A stretch of 64,000 nucleotides of DNA from Haliotis rufescens (lineage: Eukaryota), in the NCBI RefSeq assembly GCF_023055435.1, contig NW_025963957.1:2046001-2110000 (forward strand), read 5' to 3'. A program made the translations under genes and the position numbers. This document shows positions 36,303 to 50,875 of this stretch, piece by piece. The notes beneath the pieces are model-generated. The model was not told where the DNA came from. It did not search any database and worked only from the letters and a program-made list of their open reading frames with translations. Position 1 is the stretch's first letter. Every line of letters starts with the position of its first letter.

Positions 36303-37779
36303 GGAGCCTCTATGAAGCTTTGCTACAAAGGGATGGCGAGTAAAGACGTGTCAATATTCACGTTAAGCATCCATGGTTTATCTACAGACGTTCCGACGCA
36401 GCCAATGTCTATTTTCGTTTGTACATGACAACACTTGTGATCATTTCTCCACAACTTCTTGCTTCCAGATCCAGTCATCGTGGCATCCCCAGACAGCTCC
36501 ATGGGTGGCGGTCATCGTGGTTTCTGCAAACAGAAGCGTAGAAACGTATATGTTAGTTTGTAGAAATAGTCCGAGGAGGTTGCATTGCCAATGGCAACCT
36601 TAACGGAAATATATTAAAATTATATTTGTATTTCGTATTTACTCTATTCATTCTATTATACTAAAATGATATACAATTCTAAAGCAGAAAATATCATTAA
36701 TGGTTAGATTTAATAACATAACAGAATAAACTGATTATAAATAACGCCTTCGATAAGATTAAAATCCTTGCTCTGTCAGCATGTTACTCATGGAAACGCT
36801 ATTCGACGTGATATTACCGAAATGCTGTCAAGAACGGCGTTACCCCCAACACGATTTATTGAATGCGTTCATTATAATATGCCTGTGTATACACCCCCCC
36901 CCCATGCCATGATCATGAAGAATACCAATCCATCAATACCACTAATGTACGTCAAGCATAGAACATCTATCAACAATTTACAGACATCAAATTCTGACCT
37001 GACATGGCAGCCACGCACGGTGACCTGGGAGAAGCCACAAAGTGAACTGAAGTCATTCTAACCGTGGATACTCCAAACAGCTTATAGTAAGTAGAGTCAA
37101 CAAGGGTTACTCACCATCGCGAGTAATAATACACCCAGTGTTCTAAACAAGCTCATCTCCTTTCCCACTCAACTCATTTCCCTTTTAGAGTTGTCCAAGC
37201 CATGATAGATCATTGAAACGACTAATTACAAATACAACACGGGCCTTCCATATTGTTTGTCATGTGTTATCAGTTTACCCAGCTCTTGAACCTTCGGATG
37301 GAATCTGTGTTGAAACAAGGCAATGCGATCATGAGGGCCATCGATCAGGGCAAATACCTGTGTCGATGTGACTCGCTGTTCTTTTGTCCCGTAATGTTCT
37401 TTGAGAACAAAGTCGCTGATGAGAGCTGTCGGTCGAGGTCGGGGAGAAATACCGGGACGTTATTGAATACCTGTCGTCCACACTACAGGATAATGACATA
37501 CAAATCCACGGGGGGCAGGGAAAGTAGGTCTGTCTCTGTAGATGTCTGTCCCATGATCTCAGTAGGCTTGGTCGGAAATGAACGAAGGACCGAAATGCCA
37601 GTCATGTTTGTGACAGGGACAATTAACGCATGACATAATTTCTTGACATGAATTACTTTGCCGAGGAGGCCAAGTTCATGGTCATTTTGGGCGAGATTTG
37701 GGCAAATACTTCTTTGGAGAGAATATATTCTCGACTGACTATTACATTTCATTTTTCAATATCCTTTGGTTGTCTGTAT

Positions 37780-38040
37780 ACCCGTGAAGATCCGGGATAG
37801 AATAGGTCTTCAGCAACCAATGTTTGCAATAAAAGACGACTATGCTTGTAAGCGGCGACTAACGGGATCGGGTGGTCAGGCTCGCTGACTTGGTTGATGC
37901 ATGTCATCGTATCCCAATTGTATGGACCGATGCTCATGATGTCAAGCACTGGATTGTCTGGTCCAGACTCCATTATTTACAGACAGCCGTCATATAGCTG
38001 GAATATTGCTGAGTGCGGCGTTAAACAAACAAACAAACAA
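37780..38040 (+). mobile_element. Full-length family 1 SINE-like element
   Basis: CCCGTGAAGATCCGGG... through GCGGCGTTAAA(CAAA)n. Confidence 0.82.
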
Positions 38041-39356
38041 AATGATATTTTCACAGACACGCCTGTCATACATTCTCTTAATTCAATCCATCTCACGAGG
38101 TGGTTCGTCACAAGTACACACATTGAAGAAAGCAGAATTTCCATTAGTTATATACTGTGTATGGCAGAGTATGGCAGAGTATAGATAACATAAGAGCCGT
38201 CGAACTGTCAACTGAGGTGTCGTGTTTTTAGTTCTTGTTTGTGAATCGGCAGGCCGCAATATTTTGAAAAATAACATTCTAACAACACGACAATTTGAAA
38301 TACAGGATTTCATTTTACAGTAAAGAATTACCAATAAATCTGTTTAAAAAGGCTATGGTTTTTTTCTTGTCACGTGTTTATCCCCTTGAGTGACAAGTAA
38401 AGAGTTGATAATTGTGAAAATGTGAATTTTCTTAGGTCACAAGATGACAAAATCACGGTATTTAAAAGAAAGCACAAATAATTCTACGAATACGTATTTT
38501 CTTTCTGATCTCTGAAAACCATGAAAACCATAGCGTCGACGAGAAAGACTGAAAGTAGTCGGGTATAACAATGTATTTTCACTCGAGTGAAATATCAATT
38601 TATTTTTACTTTCACACCAACGGAAAAGCACCAATCTCCCCCTCGCATTCTCACTGTACTAATTATATGATATTTTAAATGAAATTGATAAACAAACAAA
38701 ACAATTCATGACGCTTGGAGAAGTGTATTAGGCGTCATGTCAGTCACAACTTGTTTGGTTGTAGGCCACTGAGTGCAGTGGGGAGCTGTGACTGGTGGCA
38801 GCGATAGCACACAGGTATCGAACGGGCTATCTATCGCCACGAGAAGCTTGATACATGTATGACTGACATTAACGAAAGAGCAGTGTAGCCAGCACACCCA
38901 TGTCTGTACGTTATTACTGCTGTAACCACTGCTTGACGAATACCCGCCTATCACACAACGCCTGGCAGATCAACCTACCCACATTGGTGAGCACACCTAC
39001 CTACTCTTATCGTCCACATTTGACGCTCGGACACCCATGTTTGCCAGATATGGTGATAGCAGCAAATCCATTCACAATTTCAATGAAACCATTACGTATG
39101 AATAGGATCTATTTGGCCAAGTCAGTCGCTGAGACAGACACCCACCTGTGCGTGTTATTGAACAGCGTGGTACGCCTTATTGAAAAAAAGGTTCATTTTA
39201 ACGTTTGGAAATCTTCAACAAGTACCCTAGGATTGATACGGGCTTACTGTTAAGTATTTGAATTTTAGCACATGAGTTTTCGTTTTCGTCACCTGCTGTT
39301 ATTAAGGGTTATATTGGTTTATCCTTAATCAACGTAAACATCAGTACTATATCTTG

Positions 39357-39693
39357 AGGCTCGGTAGGCCCAGTCGTCTAAGGTGTAGCTACTCGCTGAG
39401 CAGAGTTGCAGAGACCTATGATCGTGGGTTCGAATCCCTTACTCGTCTCGATTGTGTTTCCATGTCTGTCAGTACCATACCAGTGATTTTGAGTTTCATC
39501 AAAGTGGTAAACGTCTAACTTCATCATTAAGTCAGGTTTTCCTCACACATCAGTCTGACACGTCGTGATATAACTGAAGCACTGTTCAAGGTTCACTGTT
39601 TAAACCAAACTCTCTCTCACTTACAACACTTGGACGCCGTGATATAACTGGAATAATGTTAAAAGCGGCGTTAAACGTAACTCACTCACTCAC
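39357..39693 (+). mobile_element. Diverged family 4 SINE with duplicated tail
   Basis: GGCCCAGTCGTCTAAGG, GGTTCGAATCCC, and the tail twice (39560-39620, 39633-39693). Confidence 0.65.
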
Positions 39694-41049
39694 TACAACA
39701 CTTGGACATGTGATTATTTGAGCGTTTATTGAATATAAGGACGCTAAAAATAGCCGTCCAATCAAATTACATTCAAGAGCGAGGGAAATAATGTGTTGAG
39801 TTCCTTGGTTCAGGGTTTATATATTACTACAGTAGATCCATTGGATCTTCGAGGATTACACACTGATATATATAACGTCTAAGAATATGGGTTCATAGTC
39901 CCTTATATACACGGTCAGTGAGTGTTTGAGTGAGCAATCTTGAACACTATTTGAGTAACAGTTCAACATAGGAGGAAAATAGTTTTCAAGTTGACCACTT
40001 TCGTGAAACCCAAGAGCACGGGTATGCTGCTAAAAATCAAGAATCATAAGCATGACGAATGTGCGTTTTGAACCCCCGTCCATTCTGACATGTCTTGGAC
40101 GACTGAATCACATGTGATAATGATTGAAATCTATGCTCTTATTTTTAAACTTACAACAATATATATATATTGATGAGCACACAAATATAAGCATTTGTAA
40201 AGACTACATCATTACAGAGACGAATATCGCTTATATCGACATCGGTAATCCCGGAAGAACCCTTATCATAAAATTACTCCTCGATTCAGTTGCTATATAT
40301 TTCGATCTCCAATGTCAAAGCACTAAGCTGGATACATTGACCTCAAGATAACGCTAGATGGTATCATTATTAATACGCACAATAACATTAAATATAAGAT
40401 GGCTTCGTGATAAATCGCAAAGAACAATGAAGAACGAAGCGTGGTTTATTTCACGATAAAACATTGTTCTATCATGACGTCATTTCTGGAGATTCGAACA
40501 TGCGCTCTCAACTTGATGACGTCGTAAAGAGGACGACGTTATGTTTGAGGGGGAAGTTTCGATTGAGTTGTTCACCATAGATGTAGATATGACAATTGGT
40601 ATTGGGAGAAAAGGTGCAGATAATGGACGTGAAAATTGTACATAAAATGGAGTTGTCCGGCATTGCCGGCGTCGGATTGTATTCGGGGAGTCATCATTAT
40701 TTTAAATATGGTAATATGTTGCAAAAGCTTATACAATTTATTGACATCATAAAAAGGGTGTACCAGATGTTGATAACTCATGGGTTTATTCTCCCTGCAA
40801 TGTTTTATTGTACGTTAAATAACTCCCACTCCGTTTATTTCTTATAAAGAAATTCACTGTAAAAAGCCTTTACGTTGAAAACAAAACTCGAAGGTACCAC
40901 CCAGAACAGTAAAATAGTACCATTAAATAAATCCCTCTCCAACACTATTCAGGCCATGGCAACACTATTCAGACAGGCATTTGGACTCCCTGACCCATCA
41001 AGGCTTATTTCTCATGTTGGCCTGTAGGGTCCGCTCGGATGGTGATATG

Positions 41050-42960
41050 AAGGGGGTGACAATTCCCCACTATAAGTCCCTACTTAGACACCGGACACAC
41101 AACAATGCGGGTCAAGTAGATATGAAAGTTCAGTAAAGTTAAGGACCATGTGTTTTATAGATCCTAAACCATCGACTTAGTTCTGGTTCTTCGATCCAAT
41201 AAAAAGAAGTTCTATTGCTCCAAGTCGATATCTCTCCGTCAAGATTTATCAAACCTTCAAAGGGGATCACGTGAGATGGATTTTCTAATTTCTAAGCATT
41301 CGAAGCAGCACACCTGCCTTCTGTATCTGGCAGGCGAACTACGTTGTGGATAGGTCACATTCTTCCGTCTCAGTGGCGTCTTTTAATAAGACTATATTTC
41401 CAGGGATTTATCTACTGGTCTAAACGAATTGTCAATGGCAGACGAAATGAGCAAAAAGATATTTTGTACAAAATTGGGACTTTCGTTAGTTAATAGTCCT
41501 TATTTCTTAAATTCAGGATTTTAAAATAGGCCATTCAACGCAAACTTTCAAATCTAAACACTAAAACCTCTTCTTGTTCATTGATCCTGTTGTCAGAGAA
41601 ATGCAAGTCACCTCGGACTACTTTGATTGGCTCATTTTTCAACTTCCAAAGTTCGCGAAAGTTTCACCTGACGGAGGATTTTGGAGATCTTGGCGGGGCA
41701 AGGTATCGAATCGAAGTGAAAGATCTGAATGAATGAGAATGAGTGTTTTTCGAAACTCGCAAAACCTGCAGGGTATATGGAATAACATCTTCGTAAATAA
41801 TCATAAGATCAATACCTTAAGTCCTAAAGCACAGTTTCAATAACGCTAAAATCAATATATCAAGCATCAAATTAGAACTTTTGTTGAAATAACAGGTTGT
41901 TATAAACATTCAGGCTAATTTCTTTCAATCTCGATTATCTTCCTCTTGGGCGTATAAAGCAAAATAGGAGTCAAAATTATATGAATGAATCACTTAAAAT
42001 CAGTGGTGAAACAAGGTGTTTTCCAAAAGGGTAAGCATGTTCGGCCCTACCGGTAGCACCCGCCAGACACAGAGTCTGTCTATATGTTATACGACGGTGG
42101 CCTGCAACAATCCAGGTTGGACCAGACAGGCAAGTGATTGACAAAGCAATAGCACTTACATTATAAGCCTTGTTAATTCGAATTCCGGTGTATCGATATG
42201 TCATTTTGGACGAAGTAACTGTAGTCTAATAGTTACACTCGCTTGTCTCGAAGCAAGGATAAGACGACATGCAGCCAACGGATCCCAGGACTTCGAATTA
42301 ACGAGGTTTCTTTGTATATTCAATATTCGTCGACCTATATGTAGACTTTTATTACAACATGTGATAAGAAAGTCCGAGAAAAAGAAAGTATACTTGAAAA
42401 TTGGACTTGACCAAGTATTACATATGTTACGAAAACGTTCCAAGGCTGACAACGATCCCCGATACACTGCAAACTTAAGGTTAAAAAGCGACAAAACCAT
42501 TTCATTATTCAAGAAATCTCTGACAAAAGCAGAGTCAATTGTAAGACTCTGATACCCGTATCAACAACATCAAATACGACAACTCCGATACCCGTATCGA
42601 ATACATCACCATCGAGTAACCATTTCGTGGTTGTTTCATTTTTATCTACAATCGAACATAACTGTATACTGTCTTTTGCCCGCCAGTTAATGTCGCTGAA
42701 ATCACGAACATAACTTCAAGTAAGTTGATAATTCTCCCGTAAAAATAAAGCATACAAAGAGAATACGTCCGTGGAGGCTTTCAGGAGTATGTATGGATCA
42801 ATCGACTTTACATTATTAAGCAACAATCTCACGTCGCCATAACGTCTGACAAAGCTAGTAGGACTAATACCCAGGAGCAGGATGTCAAGATAGACTAGTG
42901 TGGAGAGACATACGAGAATGGGCCACTTATTAAAAAACATACATACCAGACATACAATGC
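41050..42960. mobile_element. Highly decayed retroelement-like sequence (possibly Penelope-like)
   Basis: Broken, coding-like frames plus a copy of the recurring GGCGGGTG...CACCT motif at ~42000-42065. No intact RT motif could be read; class and boundaries are tentative. Confidence 0.25.
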
Positions 42961-43216
42961 GCCTGAGTCACTACAACAAGAACAGATAAAAAACCCACAG
43001 TAATCGATATCTGCGCAAAGCTATTGTACAAACAATCCGCTTCCTTGTGTGTGGCTTATTTTACGGTATATGTAGTAATACATTATTATGAAACTACTCG
43101 AGCAAATCTCTTGCCTGCCAAACCAACGGAATACTATGTGTAGGTTGCTAGACGTTACTGACTGGGAATACCCTATAACTAGAGAGCTTTATGTTGTTTT
43201 GCTGAAGTAGGAAAAT

Positions 43217-43383
43217 CACCTCCATGGTCTAGTGGATAGAGCGTCTGCCCTGAGAGCGGAATGGTGTCAGACCAAAAGACGTTAAAAGATGGTACTTGTT
43301 GTTACTCTGCCTGTTGCTAAGGGGATAAAAAGGACAAGCTGGCTTGTAGTCGGTGGGCTAACAATATGAAACAAACACACACA

Positions 43384-43447
<64 letters not shown>

Positions 43448-43520
43448 TACACGTACGTGCTTGCACGTTGCTATATGATTGAAAAAATCTTGAACGCGAT
43501 GTCAACCCATTTCACCCCAC
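43217..43520 (+). mobile_element. Internally deleted family 2 SINE with (CA)n expansion (43374-43445)
   Basis: CTCCATGGTCTAGTGG...CCAAAAGACGTTAAAAGATGGTACTTG and the family 2 tail. Confidence 0.7.
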
Positions 43521-46500
43521 TCTTAAGTATATAGCACAACTCAAATTTCATGAGGCTGCACCCCGAAACGAAATATTTGCTCATAATTATTCACATATAA
43601 TAACTAGAGCAGATGTCTCATCAATGTTTTTACTTCTCGCCATGTAAATCTTGTTTTTACTACATTATCAACAAGAATATTGTTGAAACATTCGATAACA
43701 CGCACAGCGCCACTCCTTATGCAACACGACAAGCGAACAAAATCACTTCCAGTAGGACATTAATGAATCACGATTTGCCTGAACGTGACGAATTCAAAGA
43801 AAATGCAGCTCCCTCAATTACCCTCTGAACGCTGTAAGTCGGGCCTTCGGTTCATACAAACAATCTAATCGCTGCGGGGATTCGATCTATCGAACAAGGT
43901 TGCAATAGTGAAATGCGGAATGCAATAAAAATCAATAGACCCGTATTGCACGTATTGGAGACATGCGTTTTGTACCGCCACCCAATTACACTTGCATGGA
44001 ACAGAGTTGGAAATATTCAGAAATTTAGATTATATTTTGATAAATTACCAAAGTTTTAAGTTTGATACGATCGTAGATATGAAGATCAACGACTTGACGC
44101 AAGTTTGAATGTGTGGATAGTCTGTGGGGACAACGGGCGGTAAAGCGCCGAGTATAAACTAGAAGTGAGTAAGTGAGTGGTTTTACGCCGCTTTTAGTAA
44201 TATGAGATCAAAATCAAGGTGGGGGACTCCAGAAATAGGCTTCATACATAGTAGAGCTAATGCAAACCACTAGGCTACCTCACCGACCTTAAAACCAATA
44301 GGTGATAAAGCGTTCGCCCATGACGGTTTTTCGAAAAAAGTAACTTCTCCAGACAATATACTGCAAAAAAACAACATAACTTTGCCTAAGGTTTTACTAT
44401 AACCAAAATTGTTTAGTTGTTGCAGTGAACAAAATGAGTTGGTCAGTACTTCAGTACTTACAGGAAGTGTAGAGGAGTACGTCATATCAATCTACTAGAA
44501 ATGTCTCGCGGGGTGAAATATCACCTCTTACAAGCACAGGCAGTTCTTTTCCCCTTTCAGGGTCAAATGTCAACCATATCTTTCCGTGAACTAATAAAAG
44601 GGTCACTTATATCACAGGGCGATAAGCACTGGTAACTGGGTATCTGAGACACCGCGTTACCAGGCTGGACTGGGCGATCGAGTGGGTTGGCTGTGTTAAG
44701 TGGGCCCAAATGCATGTATAATTCAAATAATATAGACTCATGTTTTGGCCCAATTTGTCCAAAACTAAACAACATATTTAAATATGCACTGTAAGTAACA
44801 GCGTCTATCGGTTTCTGGTTGAATATTGTTATCTGTAAATAGTCTACATATCTCTGATAATTTTCTTTAAAATTACGAAAAAGACTTTTTCAAATAACAA
44901 TCCCCTAAAAAGTATAACTTCGTCAATACATGTAGTTAAATGTATTAATCATCTGTTTAAATAAGTATTCTTGACGATTAGTTACACACGTGATACAATT
45001 TCATGGTCTGGAATAAACTGATTGGTCGCGTAGGCTACTAGAAACACGTATAAATGTTTTGCTGTTTGTTGGCTAAACGTTTATAGCCCCTATAAAGAGG
45101 ACAACCATTCTGATATAAACATACATCCTCGATATAACAGTATTTGATTAAGTCATATGTTCACTGTAGTCTATAGCAATGAGAAAGATACATGAATAAA
45201 ATATGGCCATTGCTAAGCGCAGGTTAAATATTGATAGAAGATTATTTGTCTATTTGTGTAAGTACGATATCTGTTTTATCACACCAACATAAACAGCCTT
45301 GTGAGAGTTAAGGTTTTTATCACCGAGATTACGAACACGAAGGATAACAACGATGTAATATCATAGCGATAAAGCATTCATCCTTTGCAGGATATTTATT
45401 TCTGATGAAACCGCCTCCGAAATAAAACACTGCAGTTTAATACAGTCTGTTGTAATTGGTCTCTCTGGGCGTTGATAAACCACTACATCACATCGTAATC
45501 TATTCTACGTATATCCAGTGGCAACTGAGATTAAATATATATCTGTCGACATGACAGGACAAGATTGTTGGGTACACAGATTGTCAAAGGTAGACACAAC
45601 AAATCGGAATTCAATGTCTTTTTAGCAGGCATGTTTAAAAGGACCACTAAATAGTCAATACTCTCCGGGCGGTCTCTCGTCTAGAAAGCACTATAATCAT
45701 GGACCCAGTGTTCCCTGCCCCGTTTGGGACCTATGATACCGTGTACATCAAAACACAAAGACATGTTTAACGTCTCACAGTTCATTCATTCTGGCAGCCT
45801 GATTTGTACACCATTGACACAAATTGACGAACGGCGGATAACATGTGAATAAGATTATAAATAGTCGTGATAAAAGGGAACGATAACTAATTAAACAATT
45901 GTCTCCGAAAAGCAGATCACCTATACCAGTTACGCTCATGCATTAAAATTTGGGTATCACTCTACCTAAATAAAAGCGACAAAACCCTTTCCATAATCAA
46001 AACATATCTCTCATAAAAGCAGAGATTATTGTACGATGTAGGTTATTTCACCAAAGAAAGTGCATGGAAAATAGACGGTTTATGCATGACTAAAACAAAA
46101 CAGTGAGTGGTACCTGTTAAATATACGCAGGGCTGATTCTCACATATCCAGGGGGTGGAAAACCAGCACCTTGTCTGACAGCACGCTTTACACACCACAC
46201 GTAACGGATGAGCTTTCCCTGCTAGCCCAGGGTGGGGCAAGTCACTACTCATACGCATGAAACCTAACGCCTGTCACCGAGCCTCGAAGTCTCAGCCATA
46301 CAAAGAATTGGCTATTCACTGACAGACAAAATTCAAACAAGATTGAAGTATTGATTTGCCACGTCTTTCAAGACTAGGGTAATTATGAAGTCACCTTTTC
46401 CCTTTTTTTGTGTTGTTCAGTTCAGTCATTGTGTTACTAAGGTTCAAATAAGATCCATGTAAAGTTGATTTCTAAAAATGCTGTTTGTGGGGGCACAAGT

Positions 46501-47774
46501 TCAAAGGGTTCGGTGCAATCAACTTGAGTACTCAACGTGGCAACCACTCTACTCTGAAGCCTCGTATATCTAGTAGTTTCACGAATAGCTTCTTCAAGAT
46601 TTGTTTCTTCATGATAAAAGTCTTAGTAACTAAAATACATGTTTGCACGTGTGTACAGGCTTCAGCGCAACGTTGTGATTAAAGTTTAATATCACATATA
46701 TTGTAAATCATAGCCACAATGGAGTTCATTGTCTCGTACGTAGTCAATTTGAAGTTTAATCACTCAAATCTGTTTTGGGATATCTAAAGATCGATTTGGT
46801 GAAAAAGCAATAATCATATTAAACACAGAAAACACATTTTTTTATATAATCTGTGGTCACTTGACGAAGAAACATGACTCTCATGGTGAGTGAGAGAATT
46901 TTGTTCAACGCCGCAGTCAACACTATTCAAGCTGTATCGCTACGGGCTGTAAAAAATCGAGTCAACCGATGGATGATATTTTGAACAACGTCCTACGCCG
47001 TCGGGGCATGATGACGCCTGAGTCGCCGAGCCTGACCACCTGATCTATAGTCGCTTCTTTGGTCAAGCATATAATTGCTACCTGGGGACTACTTATATCC
47101 CGAAATTCAAACCGAGTTGGTCCAATTATAAACCATTACTTAATACATCTACATCAAGTATGCATAACTCTGTCGACTTTTAGAAAACAATACAGCCATG
47201 ATCATAATGAGAAATAAAAACAAGGAAAGCCATATTGACTCTGTTTCCATCAGTGACAAAGTATTTTATCTCGGTCACGTGAACTAACAAAATCTCAACA
47301 TTCTGACATGGGGGTAAGATAATAAGTGATGTCTGATGCAATTCCCTATTTTGACTTGTACCATATGTTCAGTGTTTCTTCATGTGAATAACCGACTTGC
47401 CTTTGCATGTGTTTGTGACGATTGCCACCGGTGGAGCAGGATACGCTCATCCCTGGTCTCATTACGTTTTGAAAGTGATTCATGAACATATAGTTATCAT
47501 ACAGTCGGAACCGCATAATGGTTTAAAAAAGGGTTTTGTCGCTTTTATTTGAAGAATACTCGATTCTGACTGGTTATGCAGGATATTCAGTTCCCGGCCC
47601 TGGTCAATCACGTAACAACACTATTAAACTGCTGGGTAAAAGAAAGTATACACCCATGTTTGACGGTGGCTAAAAGAGAAACAAACAAGAAACGGTTATT
47701 CGTGGGTTGTGTATTTCATACGGGTATCATAGTTGTGTTTTGGACTTTTAAGTCGACTATGTTCAGCCGAATAA

Positions 47775-48129
47775 GACCGCCTCCGTGGCCTAGTGGTAGA
47801 GCGTCCGCCCGGAGAGCGGAAGGTCCGGGGTTCGATCCCCGGCCGCGTCATACCAAAAGACGTTAAAAGATGGTACTTGTTGTTACCCTGTCTGGCCCTC
47901 GACATTAAGGGGCTAAAACAAGGACTGGTCGGCTCTGAGTCAGTATACTGTGTCTGAGTGGGGTATTCATGTTAAACTGCGGCATGGTATCTCAGTGAGC
48001 TAGCACTATAAATCGGCATCATTCCGGACTAGTACAAGCAGCCACACACACACACACGTGCATGCACGTCGCTATATAAGTGCAATAATCTTGGACGCGA
48101 CGTTAAACCCAATTTCACCTCACCTCACC
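47775..48129 (+). mobile_element. Full-length family 2 SINE
   Basis: A and B boxes, (CACCT)n tail, 12-bp TSD TCAGCCGAATAA (47763-47774 / 48130-48141). Confidence 0.9.
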
Positions 48130-50875
48130 TCAGCCGAATAACGTTTTGATAACGTTTGTATGTTTTAAGTTAAATCCATTTTTCAAGTGTATCCTTTCTT
48201 TTGCCCGGCAGTTTACTTTCAATGATGACTATAACGATATACTTTGTACACACAGTAGGATACATATCTTAACAGTAAGGTCGCGACACGATACAAGGTA
48301 CTCAACCTTTGTGATGCAAGAATATATACTCCATCATCCAGGGAAATGAATGAAGCCCAACCAAAACATATTTAGTAGATCTAAATTATTAATGAAAAGT
48401 TGGCTGAAACCTTTTGTACATACCGACAGTAATTAACATTTTACAATTACCTTTAATTAAAAAACAATATAACCCTAAAATACACTTGCACTGTTTTGCA
48501 TAAATATTATGAATCGTTACATCCCTAGCGCCATTAAGGGTGTATCATGAGGAAGTGATTTCAGTTAAATGCCACATTGATCAGCATTTCAGTTTGTCAA
48601 GGTGTGTCAGCTTAATCAGTGAGAAACACCTGAAGTAGTGCAGGTCTTGGATGTTTACCACTCTCGTGAAACCCACGAGCATGTGTGTGGAATGCTGACA
48701 AATCAGTCATCTTAATCAGAGCGAATCTGGGATTCGAACCAACGATTATAGGATTCTGAGACGTGAAAGACGCATCTCTGACAGCGAATCGCGACGACTC
48801 AAACACCTAACGGTTGACGCTAAATCTAGATTAACTACCTGTTGACCGAATGTAGAAATTTCTTCCCACTGCTAACGCATAACCCACAAAATGGTAATTA
48901 CTTTTACATCGAAAAGTGTGTAATCATGAACCAAAATAAATGACAAATAGCAAATATAATATTTTTTCATGATTTGCAGCAGGAAGAGGCGTTATTTGTT
49001 TCTCATCCAATATCGGCGAATCGTTGATCTCGTACGCACAATCCCCATTGATGTCAAGAGTTTGACAGAGAGGCCGGAGAAGCCAAGACGTGGACTGTGT
49101 GATCACTTAACTCTCTAATGTAGGGTTGACGACAGGTCACCAAATGTCCGTCTCTTAATCAATGAAAATGGTATTTCGGGTTGGGATCTGTTTATTATTA
49201 CATTACCTTTCACGTGCTCCAACATTATTTTATCATAAAAACAATATACATTTATGATGGACACAATATAGGAATTGTCATGAAAATGAAATAGGCTATA
49301 TATGGAACTGCTCCTGTCAATGTAACGAATGCAAATTTCATGAGGGAGAGTGTGAGACGAAACTATACCATTGTTAACGGACTACTGTAACGATACTTTA
49401 TGTGTCGGTGAAAGGTAGATATTCAGTTTGCAAGTACAGTCTCATTAACTAGCTCAGTAACATACATCTTTAGGTACAATGACAAATATGTTCCTCAAAA
49501 CGTACAGTTTTGTACTGTTCAATACCACAATTATTTTAGATCCATATTCCTGAGGATGTGAACAGACATGACTATTCTTAATGAAATGTTTACAATGTGA
49601 TTGCTTTATGTAAAGCTATGTATTTTACGCTGCAAAATATAATCTAAAGTTGTTATATAGTTGTTTATTTTGGGTGTGGTTCCGTTCACCCAATGCACTT
49701 ACCTTATCGAATAGTATTATCACCTAGCTGTATCCAATACGACACCTTGAGTCACAGATCATTGTTCAAAACAGCCAATTAATGAAGTATCGTGATGTGT
49801 TTTCACGCCGTTCGACAAAAATACGAGGACAGGTCATACAGTTTGGAAACATCATTGCAAAACGTCATGTATTGACAATAATGCCGGGAATAGTACACTC
49901 ATATCGAGTGACAGACATTCAGGTTCGTCAAAGCTGCAAACTCGCAATTAATGCATGTGTGGCAGGTGACAACGGACACCCGGAGCGCCAAAGTAAGTGT
50001 AACAGGTGCTTATTATTTATTAACACCTTGCTGGTATATGTCTCCCCTGACATCTATATTCTCATCTATTAGCAGGTGGTGATAACGAGAACATTGATTC
50101 ATCAGAACATGTCCACAGCCCCTCTGGGTAAGCAATACAATGGATATTAAAACTTTAGGACTGAATCAGCAACGAGTCACAGAAGTATCAAAGCCTATCT
50201 ATCGACAAGGAGATCATGCACAGATACGGCATTGTTCATGGGAGTACGGTACACCCTTCAAAAGGCCCAGGCGTACCTTTATTAAACTTAGAGTGCCTAC
50301 CAGAATACTTTTGATCCATTTTCAAACTTTGTGAATGTCATTGTACCCAGAGCTTGTAATATGTACTTTATCCGCTAGCATTTCCTTGAGACAGATAATA
50401 CCCTTTTCAATTGCATGTATAGGGCTTGAACTAGTAACTGCGTTTTTATAATACCAGTCAATTTGTGCGAAAGTACATTCACCACATGAATCATCTGTCC
50501 ACGGGATGAATTCGTTGTGTTTGTATCTTGTTTAAAGACGCATGCAGCTATATGACGACGGTCTGTAAATAATCGAATCTGGACCAGACAATCCAGTGAC
50601 TGACATCATGGGCATCGATCTAAGCATTAATCTGACCATCCTGTCTTGTTATTCGGTTCATCAAGCATTTGTTGCTGGAGACTAATTCTTTCCCGGACCT
50701 TGTCGCCCTGATATAACTGGGTAGCAACATACCCGTGGCAGTGGGATTACGCCAGGTGCTTGAGCCTGCATCACCTTGTGCACTCTTCCCACACTGAGCT
50801 GATACAGACATACTGTTCAACGCGGCATCAAATACAAGTCACCAACACATACCCATCAATTGTCCATGAGTTGAG

